DNA of 64,000 nt from Myxococcota bacterium (GTDB lineage Bacteria > Myxococcota > B64-G9): NCBI GenBank assembly GCA_035528415.1, contig DATKYQ010000022.1:132042-196041 (forward strand), written 5' to 3'. Below, piece by piece: positions 27,380 through 35,707 of the stretch (its first letter is position 1; each line of letters starts with the position of its first letter). Made by a program: the position numbers and the translations under genes. The notes under the pieces are model-generated. The model had not been told where the DNA came from. It saw only the letters and a program-made list of their open reading frames with translations, and ran no database searches.

Positions 27380-29735
27380 TCTTGAACTCCTCGTGCAGGC
27401 GTTTGCGCTCGGCGCCCAGCTTTTTGCCCAGATCTTTTATTTCTTTCGTCTTTTCCTGCTTGCGGCTCCAGGCAACATCCAGTACGCCGATCTCGGCGTC
27501 CAGAACGAGCTTGTAAAACCTTTGGCGCACGCGCTCGAGCGACTTGTAGGCGACCTCTCCGGCGAGGTTCTGCGACTCGCCGTCCAGTTTCGCGAGCGCC
27601 TTCTCGAAAGCCTCGATGTTTCGCTCTTCCTTCTGCGCCTTTTGCTGAAGCTCGGCCGCCTTCTTCTTTACCCGGGTATCGATCTCCTCGTTAATGGTCT
27701 TGAGCCTGCGGCGCAGTTTGTCGGCCCGCAGCCTGAGATCGTTAATCCTCGTGATCTGGGCGGTACCCTCGGGCCCCAGCCGCTCGTGGATCTGCTCGGA
27801 GAGCGCCCGCTCCTTGGACAAGGCGTCGGTGTAGCGCTTCTTGAGCTGGTCTTCCTTGGATAGCGTCTCGCTATCCAGCCCGGCGCGTGACTTCTCGGTA
27901 CCCAGCTGGTTCGACAGACCGTCGAGTTCCGCCTGTAGCTGGTTGGCGGTGGCCCAGCCGCGGCGAATTTCCTCCCTGAAGTCCCGGACAGCCTCTTCTC
28001 TTCCTTCGAGCTTCCTTTCGTTGTTGCGGATCCACTCTTCCATGGCGCTCAGCTGGGCCTTCATTCCCTTTAAAGCGATCCCCGACTCATAGACCGACCG
28101 CTCGAGCTCTTCTATTCGATCGCGAATCTTCTTCTCGCGGTTGTCGAAGGACTTCTTTGTTGTCGGAAGCTTGTCCACCTGCTTCTCCAACTGCTCGCGT
28201 TCGAGCCTGGCTGCGTCCATCTTCTTGCGTTCACCGGCCGAAAGGTATTCCATCACCACGCGTTCCTCGATCCGCGCCAAGTTTCGCTCGAGCAGAATCC
28301 GCCCGTTCTCAACCTCTATCGACCGCTTGGATCCTTCCCTGAGCGCGGGGAAGAGATTAATGCGGTCCTTGCTGGCAAGCAGCGCATCGAGCTTGGAAAG
28401 GAGATCCCGGCTTTCCTTGACGAAGCGCCGCCCTCCTTCGATGTCCTTCATCACTCCCAGGGCCGCTGCCATCTCTTCCCTGCCGCTCATCCACTTGACG
28501 GCCACCGGGGGCAGGTACGACGAGAGATCGAAAGAGTCGAGGTTCTTGCCGGCCACCTCATTGAAGTAGCGCACCGGGTCGTCGTGGCGGGCGACCAGTT
28601 CGTCGAGCTGCTGCTTGACGTTGGCGTAGTCGTGGCTGACTTTCACGAACTCGGAAGCGGCCTTGTCGAACTCGCCCATCTTCTCTAAGATGTGTCCCTT
28701 GAGCAGATTGGCCTGCGGCACCAGGGTGCTGTCGGGAGTGGAAACCTCCAGGATCTCGAGCGTCCTGAGCGCCTCGGTTAAAGCCGCTTTCCTTGCTCCG
28801 GGCTGTTCGGCCTTCTCGGCCTGCTGCAGGTGCGTCCAGCAGATCTCGAACAGCGCATCGTCGAAATACTGCGAGGTGTGCTTGATGGCCTGGTAGGCGT
28901 CCAGCGCATCGACCTCCCTGCCCAGGTCGTGCAGCAGGCGACCGCGCGCCAGGCTGGCAAGCTCGATCAGATCATCATCCCCCGTGTGCTTGGCGGGTTG
29001 CCCGGAAAGAGCAAGATACAAGTGCAATGCGTCTTGTGCACGCCCCTGGCGAATGAAGACCACCCCCAGGAAATAGCGGGCCTGGAAATAGAACGGGTCG
29101 CCCGGCCTGAGCGTCGAGAAGGCCTGCGCGGCCTTCTCGATCCGGCCGCGGGCGAAGAGCGTCTTACCCCATAGATACTCGGCCTCCGGGGATGGACGCG
29201 AGGATTCTTTTTGCAACCGAGCGTGAGCCTGGTCGACCTTATCGAAGTCCCCGGTGTTCAGCGCGATCTGCATCATCCTCACCAGGGCCACCTTACAGTA
29301 CGCCCGGCCCCGCGGGTGATCCAGCACGCGCTGGAAGTATTTGCGAGCATCGACGAAGTTGCGGTTGAAAAACAGGGCCTCCCCGAGGTTGAACAATGCG
29401 TCGGCGTAGCCGGGCTGCGAGGTGAACTTCTTGTTCTCGACCAGGTCGTAAAAAACGATCGCGGCGCGGACGTAGTCCTTGAACAGCATCAGCGCCTGCC
29501 CGTCATTGAGGCGCGATTCGAAATGGCGCTCGGCCGAGCCGCTATCCTCGAAATCGAGGTACTGCCCGCGGATCAATTCTGACTTGTTCTCCAGAAGCTC
29601 GAGCTGGCGGGCAGACCGGCCGATGTCGGCGGACAGATCCGCCCTGGCCGGCAGGGCCGCAAACAGCGCCAGCGCACCGACGGTAATCTTCAGCAGCCGC
29701 GAAGCCGAATTGCTACCTGCGTCCCCTCGTATCAA
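27357..29735 (-). CDS. Secreted TPR protein with long C-terminal coiled coil (possibly GltC-like periplasmic TPR component)
   Basis: 792 aa. Signal peptide (ALALFAALPARA). The N-terminal half is TPR-like. The C-terminal approx. 350 aa form a Glu/Lys/Arg/Leu-rich coiled coil. It overlaps the downstream TPR gene by 23 nt. Confidence 0.5.
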   Translation of the reverse strand: MIRGDAGSNSASRLLKITVGALALFAALPARADLSADIGRSARQLELLENKSELIRGQYLDFEDSGSAERHFESRLNDGQALMLFKDYVRAAIVFYDLVENKKFTSQPGYADALFNLGEALFFNRNFVDARKYFQRVLDHPRGRAYCKVALVRMMQIALNTGDFDKVDQAHARLQKESSRPSPEAEYLWGKTLFARGRIEKAAQAFSTLRPGDPFYFQARYFLGVVFIRQGRAQDALHLYLALSGQPAKHTGDDDLIELASLARGRLLHDLGREVDALDAYQAIKHTSQYFDDALFEICWTHLQQAEKAEQPGARKAALTEALRTLEILEVSTPDSTLVPQANLLKGHILEKMGEFDKAASEFVKVSHDYANVKQQLDELVARHDDPVRYFNEVAGKNLDSFDLSSYLPPVAVKWMSGREEMAAALGVMKDIEGGRRFVKESRDLLSKLDALLASKDRINLFPALREGSKRSIEVENGRILLERNLARIEERVVMEYLSAGERKKMDAARLEREQLEKQVDKLPTTKKSFDNREKKIRDRIEELERSVYESGIALKGMKAQLSAMEEWIRNNERKLEGREEAVRDFREEIRRGWATANQLQAELDGLSNQLGTEKSRAGLDSETLSKEDQLKKRYTDALSKERALSEQIHERLGPEGTAQITRINDLRLRADKLRRRLKTINEEIDTRVKKKAAELQQKAQKEERNIEAFEKALAKLDGESQNLAGEVAYKSLERVRQRFYKLVLDAEIGVLDVAWSRKQEKTKEIKDLGKKLGAERKRLHEEFKSVLQEVN

Positions 29736-30559
29736 CCAGCCTCCTCGGTTTTCTCTTGTAGCGTCCTGGCTTTTTCCGGGGTCAGCTTCTCGATCTGGAT
29801 GTCATAGCGTACGGCCGGGCGTTCTTCGAGCGAGGTGGTGATTCCTCCACGTTCGAAGCCGACGATCTTGACCTTGATGATCTTGCCCTCTTCCGCGGTG
29901 AATGTGTAGCTCGAGGTGACCTTGAACTTGTATCCCTTGACGTAGGAGAAAAAGCCGAAGCCTTGCCCCTGAAAAACCATCTGTACGGCGATGTTATGAT
30001 TGCCCGGCACGATGTTGCCGCTGAAGATCTCCCTCTCTTCGATGCCGTCCAGATCGCCGTCCACGTCGATTTTCTTGAAGATCGGCTGCGAATCGAGGGT
30101 GTACTGTACCGAGGTGAGCTTGAAAGCGCCGCCCATCTCGTTACGGTGAACCAGCACCGCCCGGGCCCCGGCTCCGATCGAGCCCGTAACCACGGTCTCC
30201 TGCAATTGCAGAATCCTGGCCTTGGTGCGGAAGATCTTCTCTTTCAATTCGTTGACCCGCTCTTCAAGGCCGCGCAGCTTGAGTTCGTACGCCTCGCCCC
30301 CGGCGTCGGCAGCGCCGTCATCTGCGGATGCAGGAGGTGCGGATGCAGGAGGTGCGGATGCAGGAGGTGCGGCTGCAGGAGGTGCTGTGGCCGCCGAGGG
30401 GGCCGCGGGCGCTTTCTCCTCCGCCGCGGGTGCCGCTTGTGTGCCGGCGCTCTTATCCGGCGAAGCGTCGGTACTTGTGTCATCCTGGGCCGCCGCCGCG
30501 AAGGACAGGCCGACAAGTGCTACAAGCGCCCCAAAAGTCAATTTACCTAACGATCTCAT
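29732..30559 (-). CDS. Secreted protein with (PPASA)4 linker and beta-rich C-terminal domain; first gene of the TPR/motor operon after mglA
   Basis: 275 aa. Signal peptide (LVALVGLSFAAAAQD), an Ala/Pro-rich low-complexity region, a short coiled coil (LKLRGLEERVNELKEKIFRTKARILQLQ), then a beta-strand-rich domain. It has a 4-nt ATGA-type overlap with the next gene. Confidence 0.5.
   Translation of the reverse strand: MRSLGKLTFGALVALVGLSFAAAAQDDTSTDASPDKSAGTQAAPAAEEKAPAAPSAATAPPAAAPPASAPPASAPPASADDGAADAGGEAYELKLRGLEERVNELKEKIFRTKARILQLQETVVTGSIGAGARAVLVHRNEMGGAFKLTSVQYTLDSQPIFKKIDVDGDLDGIEEREIFSGNIVPGNHNIAVQMVFQGQGFGFFSYVKGYKFKVTSSYTFTAEEGKIIKVKIVGFERGGITTSLEERPAVRYDIQIEKLTPEKARTLQEKTEEAG
30324..30383 (-). 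repeat. 15-nt tandem repeat x4 encoding PPASA pentapeptide repeats
   Basis: GCGGATGCAGGAGGT x3 plus GCGGCTGCAGGAGGT on the + strand. It translates on the minus strand as APPASAPPASAPPASA. Confidence 0.8.
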
Positions 30560-30827
30560 CGGGTTCCTCCCCGCACGAGGATAGAATGTACGCTTCCAGC
30601 CCCCGTCTGTGTAAAAGACGCCAGGCCAAAGCCGGAGATATTTTTTAGCCCAAATATCTTCACCATGTCAACGCTTTTTCTACCCGATCGAACGTCGATC
30701 CGCTGTGATACTGATCAACATGGGCTCTTTTAATAGCTCTATGGATCGTACCAGCCACCCCTGTTTCGGATCTAACGACGCATCGCTTTAGTTCCCACGA
30801 CGATTCCAGGCGAGATCGGATGCTGTA

Positions 30828-31415
30828 TCAGCGCCCCTTTTTCAGCTCCTGCAGCACCAGCTTGGCGATGGCCTTGAGCGTGTCGAACACGCCCCATCCC
30901 GTGGCGGCGATGGACTGGTACTCGGGCACGTTCTCCGGGTTGAGTAAACGGCGCAACTCTTCAATGCTGGCCGCGTTGGGAAGATCTCTTTTGTTGTACT
31001 GAACCACGTATGGAATCGCCTTCAGGTCGTAACCCTGCTCGGCAAGGTTGACCCGCAGGTTCTCCATGCTCTCCAGGTTGGCCTCCATACGCTCTATCTG
31101 CGAGTCCGCCACATAGACGACGCCGTCCACTCCCTTGAGGATCAGCTTGCGGCTGGCGTCGTAGAACACCTGGCCGGGCACGGTGTACAGGTGAAAGCGG
31201 GTCTTGAAGCCGCGGATCTCTCCCAGGCTGAGCGGGAGAAAATCGAAGAACAGGGTTCGCTCGGTTTCGGTGGCCAGGGAAATCATCTTGCCCTTGGCTT
31301 CCGGGTTCGTCTTCGCGTAGATGTACTGCAGGTTGGTCGTCTTCCCGCACAATCCGGGGCCGTAGTAGACTATCTTGCAGTTGATCTCGCGTGAAGAGTA
31401 GTTGATGAAGGACAT
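30828..31415 (-). CDS. mglA: Ras-like small GTPase MglA (motility polarity regulator)
   Basis: 195 aa. [33 protein letters not shown]...[58 protein letters not shown]... is, as I recall it, essentially the M. xanthus MglA sequence with scattered substitutions. The P-loop GPGLCGKT and switch regions are intact. Confidence 0.95.
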   Translation of the reverse strand: MSFINYSSREINCKIVYYGPGLCGKTTNLQYIYAKTNPEAKGKMISLATETERTLFFDFLPLSLGEIRGFKTRFHLYTVPGQVFYDASRKLILKGVDGVVYVADSQIERMEANLESMENLRVNLAEQGYDLKAIPYVVQYNKRDLPNAASIEELRRLLNPENVPEYQSIAATGWGVFDTLKAIAKLVLQELKKGR

Positions 31416-31438
31416 GTGGTAACCCTCGGAAGCCTGGA

Positions 31439-31921
31439 TTAATCGTTAAAGAGGCTGTCGATGTCCTCGTCCGTAATCTCGGCGAAGGGCGAGCCCATGG
31501 CGGGATCATCGAGCTTGCGCATGAGCTGGTCGAAGATGACGGCCAACTCCTGCGTGGCCCTCTTGACCCGCAGACGCACCAGCCCAAGCGATGACCGGGC
31601 GTCGAAGATCACAACCAGGATCACCCTGCCGCCGACGATCGAGATGTGCAGATTGTCGCGCTCCCCCTCGTGAAACAGGATCGAAAACTCCTTCTCGCCA
31701 ATCAGCTTGGCCAGGCCCCCGGTCGCGGCGATGTTGCCCGCCGTCAGCGAGGCCAGCGAGGTGGTGTCCAGGTTCTCTGTCTGACCGGCGGCGGCAATCA
31801 GCTGCCCGTTCTTGTCAACCACGAAAACGACCTTGGCATTCGATTCGAGGCAAAGGCGATCACAGACGGCGCTGATCTGGCGATATTCCTCCTCGTACAT
31901 CACGATCTGCGGACTGACCAT
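31439..31921 (-). CDS. mglB: MglB, roadblock/LC7-domain GTPase-activating protein of MglA
   Basis: 160 aa. VMYEEEY..I.AVCDRL....[45 protein letters not shown]...FHEG..D.L...IVG.RV.LVVIFD...[10 protein letters not shown] closely parallels M. xanthus MglB as recalled. It lies 23 nt upstream of mglA. Confidence 0.9.
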   Translation of the reverse strand: MVSPQIVMYEEEYRQISAVCDRLCLESNAKVVFVVDKNGQLIAAAGQTENLDTTSLASLTAGNIAATGGLAKLIGEKEFSILFHEGERDNLHISIVGGRVILVVIFDARSSLGLVRLRVKRATQELAVIFDQLMRKLDDPAMGSPFAEITDEDIDSLFND

Positions 31922-32264
31922 TCAACCCTCCTGGCGCTCGGTGGTGCCCTTCATCACACTTCACAGAGAGCAAGCCGCGAGCCGCCCGGCGAATTACGGA
32001 CTATATCACACCCCGGGCCGAGGAGAAACTTTCCGGCCACGGCATTCGGCTTGCCACCCCAGTTATCAACGCCGGCCGACTATAGCGTCGTAAAAGTTTG
32101 GGTGTCAAGCAGTTAATCGGCCATTTTCACGAGCAAACCGCGTGCTCCGGTCGATCCAGATTTATCCTTGACACGGCAATTGCACTGGACCGATATTGTG
32201 ACCCGCTGTCCGGTTGGGACGGCGTTGGTTGTTCTGACGCAAGCCATCCGCGTGGAGGTTTCAG

Positions 32265-32819
32265 ATGCATGAGGTTCGATTTCACGGGCGCGGCGGACAG
32301 GGGGCGGTCACCTCGGCCGAACTGCTGGCCCAAGCCGCCATCGCCGAGGGTAAGTACGCCCAGGCATTTCCCAGCTTCGGACCCGAGCGGCGCGGGGCGC
32401 CGGTTATAGCCTTCGCCCGGGTGTCCGACGATCCTATCAGGCTGCGCACGGCCATCCAGAAACCGACGCTGGTTCTGGTTCTCGATCCTTCGCTTTTGCG
32501 ACTGGTCAAGGTCGACAGCGGCCTCGAAGCGGGTGGCACGCTGGTGATCAACTCGCGTCACGATCCCGAGACGCTGCGCCGTGAGTTCGGACTGACGGCG
32601 CGCCTGGCGGTTGTCGACGCCAATCACATCGCCCGTGAGGAGATCGGCCGCGTTATCACCAACACCACTATGCTGGGCGCGGCCATGGCCGCGGTTTCCA
32701 TGGTGCCCACGGAAAGACTCGTAAAGGCGCTCGAGAATCGTTTCGGACGCATCGCCCAAAAGAACATCAACGCTTTCAGACGCGCGACCACGGAGTGCGT
32801 GGTCAGCGAAGCGGTCTGA
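32265..32819 (+). CDS. porG: Pyruvate/2-oxoacid:ferredoxin oxidoreductase gamma subunit
   Basis: 184 aa. The N-terminus (FHGRGGQGAVTSAELLAQAA...YAQAFPSFGPERRGAPV) is the canonical POR gamma signature. Confidence 0.85.
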   Translation: MHEVRFHGRGGQGAVTSAELLAQAAIAEGKYAQAFPSFGPERRGAPVIAFARVSDDPIRLRTAIQKPTLVLVLDPSLLRLVKVDSGLEAGGTLVINSRHDPETLRREFGLTARLAVVDANHIAREEIGRVITNTTMLGAAMAAVSMVPTERLVKALENRFGRIAQKNINAFRRATTECVVSEAV

Positions 32820-32831
32820 GGGAGGCCATCC

Positions 32832-33128
32832 ATGGCACAGAGCGCAACACCCGGCTGGACCGAGTTGGCCCCGGGAACCGCCATCATCGAGCCGGGCAGC
32901 GCCCGCCAAAACCGCACCGGCGACTGGCGCTCGCAGCGACCGGTATGGGATCACGATAAATGCCTGCGCTGCGGCGTGTGCGTGATCTTCTGCCCCGAGG
33001 GCTGCATTCATTTCGGACAAGTGAAAGATGGCTATCCCGATGCCGACCTCGAGTACTGCAAGGGTTGCGGCATCTGCGCGCACGAATGCCCCAGCGCCTG
33101 CATCGCCGTAGTGGACGAGGAGGAGTGA
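32832..33128 (+). CDS. porD: Pyruvate:ferredoxin oxidoreductase delta subunit (2x[4Fe-4S] ferredoxin)
   Basis: 98 aa with two CxxCxxCxxxCP motifs (CLRCGVCVIFCP, CKGCGICAHECP). The TGATG stop/start overlaps porA. Confidence 0.85.
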   Translation: MAQSATPGWTELAPGTAIIEPGSARQNRTGDWRSQRPVWDHDKCLRCGVCVIFCPEGCIHFGQVKDGYPDADLEYCKGCGICAHECPSACIAVVDEEE

Positions 33129-34303
33129 TGGAAAAACGAGTCGGCATGGAAGCCTCCATCGCGGTCGCCGAGGCCGTGGGTTTGTGCGACCTGGACGCCA
33201 TCTCGGCCTACCCGATCACGCCGCAGACGCACATCGTCGAGCACCTCAGCGAACTGGTCGCAGACGGCGTAGTAGACGCCGAGTTCGTCCCGGTCGAGAG
33301 CGAGCACTCGGCCATCTCGGTCTGCTGCGGCACATCGGCGGCCGGCGCCAGGACCTTCACCGCCACCAGTTCCCAGGGCCTGGCCTTGATGCACGAGATT
33401 CTCTTCATCGTCCCCGCCCTGCGTCTACCGATCGTCATGGTGGTGGCTAACCGGACGCTGTCCGGCCCGATCAGCATCTGGAACGACCACTCGGACATCA
33501 TGGCCGAGCGCGACATCGGCTGGGTGCAGATCTTCGCCGAGAACGGCCAGGAGGCGCTGGATCTTTCCATCTGGGCCTTCCGGCTGGCCGAAGACAGGCG
33601 GGTGTCGCTGCCGGTGATCGTCAATTTCGACGGCTTCATACTGACCCACATGATCGAGCCGATGATGATGCCCGACCGGGAAATGGTGCAAAAGTTCCTG
33701 CCGCCTTTTGAGCCGCTACTGCGCCTGGACATCGATGCGCCTATCACCATGGGCCCGGTTGGCATCCCGTCGATTTTCACCGAGACCAAGAAGGCCCACC
33801 AGGAGGTGCTGACAAACTCCTACCAGCCAATCGTCGAGACTTTGGGGGAGTTCGCCAAGCACTTCAAGCGCAGCTACAAGCCGGTCGAGAGCTACCGGGC
33901 CGACGACGCGGATGTTCTGCTTCTTACCATGGGCTCCCTCGGAGAAACCGCCATGACCGCAGTCGACATGCGCCGCAAGAAAGGCGACAAGGTCGGCCTG
34001 GTGCGCCTGCGCCTGTGGCGGCCTTTTCCTTTCGAAGATCTGTTCCGGGCGATCGGCAAAGTCAAGGTGCTGGGGGTAGCCGACCGGGCGGTCAGCGTCG
34101 GCGGCCCGCCTGGACCCGTCTGCTCAGAGGTCAAGAGCGCTTTTTACGACCGGCAAGAACAGCCGCAAATTGCCTCGTTCATTGTGGGCCTGGGCGGCCG
34201 CGACGTGCCGATCGAGGATTTCGACGCCATCTTCGACGAGTTATTCGCCATTCACAAGGGCGCAGCCGTACGCGAGCCCGTCATCGTCGGACTGAGGGAG
34301 TGA
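33128..34303 (+). CDS. porA: Pyruvate:ferredoxin oxidoreductase alpha subunit
   Basis: Start reassigned to ATG 33128 (MEKRVGMEASIAVAEAVGLCDLDAISAYPITPQTHIVE...), the typical PorA N-terminus; approx. 391 aa. The track ORF begins upstream at 32960. Confidence 0.85.
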   Translation: MEKRVGMEASIAVAEAVGLCDLDAISAYPITPQTHIVEHLSELVADGVVDAEFVPVESEHSAISVCCGTSAAGARTFTATSSQGLALMHEILFIVPALRLPIVMVVANRTLSGPISIWNDHSDIMAERDIGWVQIFAENGQEALDLSIWAFRLAEDRRVSLPVIVNFDGFILTHMIEPMMMPDREMVQKFLPPFEPLLRLDIDAPITMGPVGIPSIFTETKKAHQEVLTNSYQPIVETLGEFAKHFKRSYKPVESYRADDADVLLLTMGSLGETAMTAVDMRRKKGDKVGLVRLRLWRPFPFEDLFRAIGKVKVLGVADRAVSVGGPPGPVCSEVKSAFYDRQEQPQIASFIVGLGGRDVPIEDFDAIFDELFAIHKGAAVREPVIVGLRE

Positions 34304-34305
34304 TC

Positions 34306-35235
34306 ATGGAAGGACCGAACGTATTCGCGGCCAGGTTATATCCGACCGAAAACCGTTTCGTCTCGGGCCACCGGGCCTGCCAGGGCTGCGGCGAGGCGTT
34401 GGCCGTCAGGATGGTTCACCAGATCCTGGGACGCAACACCGTGGTCGGCTCGGCCACCGGCTGCATGGAGATCATCTCATCATCCTACCCGGACACCGCC
34501 TGGTCGATCCCCTGGCTGCACGTAGCCTTCGAGAACGCCGCGGCTGTGGCCTCGGGCATCGAGGTCGGCCTGAAGGTGCTAATGAAGAAGGGCAGGATTC
34601 CCAAGAGAAAAATCACAGTGGTCGGCATGGGCGGCGACGGAGCCACGGCCGACATCGGCCTGCAGGCGCTCAGCGGGGCGCTCGAACGCGGGCACGACAT
34701 GATCTACGTCTGCTACGACAATGAAGCCTACATGAACACCGGCATCCAGCGATCGAGTTCCACGCCTTACGGAGCGGCAACCACGACTTCCCCGGCCGGC
34801 AAGCAAAGCATCGGGCAACAAACCTGGAAAAAGAACCTGCCGATGATCGCCGCGGCCCACAACATACCGTATCTGGCCACGGCCAACCCCAGCTATCCCT
34901 TCGACCTGGCCAAGAAAGTCGAGCGGGCCGCCAAGGTCAAGGGGCCGGCCTACCTGCACGTCTACTCCTGCTGCCCCACCGGCTGGCGCCTGGCGCCCGA
35001 GTTGGCCGTCTCGGCCGGCAGGCTGGCTGTGCAGACGGGCGTGTTTCCGCTATACGAGGTCGAGCGCGGCAAGTTGAAAATCACGGTACCGACGCCCGAG
35101 TTCCGCCCGCTTAAAGACTATCTCAAGCCCCAGGGACGCTTTCGCCATCTTGACGATAGCACCATCGCGGAGATCGAGAGCCGGGTACATGAAGAGTACC
35201 GTAAACTCGAGCGCCGCGAAGGGCTTGTGCTGTAA
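34306..35235 (+). CDS. porB: Pyruvate:ferredoxin oxidoreductase beta subunit (TPP-binding)
   Basis: Start reassigned to ATG 34306 (MEGPNVFAARLYPTENRFVSGHRACQGCGEALAVRMV...). The TPP-binding GDG motif is VVGMGGDGATADIG, and a conserved Cys cluster is present. Confidence 0.85.
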   Translation: MEGPNVFAARLYPTENRFVSGHRACQGCGEALAVRMVHQILGRNTVVGSATGCMEIISSSYPDTAWSIPWLHVAFENAAAVASGIEVGLKVLMKKGRIPKRKITVVGMGGDGATADIGLQALSGALERGHDMIYVCYDNEAYMNTGIQRSSSTPYGAATTTSPAGKQSIGQQTWKKNLPMIAAAHNIPYLATANPSYPFDLAKKVERAAKVKGPAYLHVYSCCPTGWRLAPELAVSAGRLAVQTGVFPLYEVERGKLKITVPTPEFRPLKDYLKPQGRFRHLDDSTIAEIESRVHEEYRKLERREGLVL

Positions 35236-35244
35236 GGAGAGACA

Positions 35245-35703
35245 ATGGACACTGTCAAGCTGGAATCAATCATCGACAGACATAAGCGGGATCCCGCGGC
35301 GCTTCTGGCCATCTTGCAGGACATCCAGGCCGAGGAGAACTACCTGCCCAAGGAAGACATCAAGACCGTGGCCAAGAAACTCGACCTGCCCTTGTCGCGG
35401 GTTTACTCACTGGCCACCTTCTTTTCTTCATTCTCTCTTCAACCGCGCGGCAAGCACATCTGCACCGTGTGCCTGGGAACAGCCTGCCACGTGCGCGGCG
35501 CGTCCTCGCTGGTCGATCACATAGGCCGGGAACTTGACGTGCGGGCCGGCTCCACCACCGCGGACATGCAAGTCACACTCGAGACGGTCAACTGCGTCGG
35601 CGCCTGCGCCATGGGCCCGCTGCTGATCATGGATGACGAGTATCACGGCAACATGACCGTCTCCAAGCTCGACCGGCTGCTGAAGCCGTTTACCAAGGAA
35701 TAG
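35245..35703 (+). CDS. NuoE/HoxE-like [2Fe-2S] thioredoxin-fold diaphorase subunit
   Basis: 152 aa. Cluster motif C-x4-C...C-x3-C (ICTVCLGTACHVRG...VNCVGACAMGP) in the NuoE family arrangement. Confidence 0.8.
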   Translation: MDTVKLESIIDRHKRDPAALLAILQDIQAEENYLPKEDIKTVAKKLDLPLSRVYSLATFFSSFSLQPRGKHICTVCLGTACHVRGASSLVDHIGRELDVRAGSTTADMQVTLETVNCVGACAMGPLLIMDDEYHGNMTVSKLDRLLKPFTKE

Positions 35704-35707
35704 GATC

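Noticed and set aside
32960-34303. Upstream in-frame extension of porA (447-aa version) and of porB (406-aa version from 34015)
   Set aside because: The extensions overlap the preceding genes out of frame, are Arg/Pro-rich, and remove the canonical PorA (MEKRVGMEAS...) and PorB (MEGPNVFA...) N-termini. Those N-termini sit right after the upstream stop codons.
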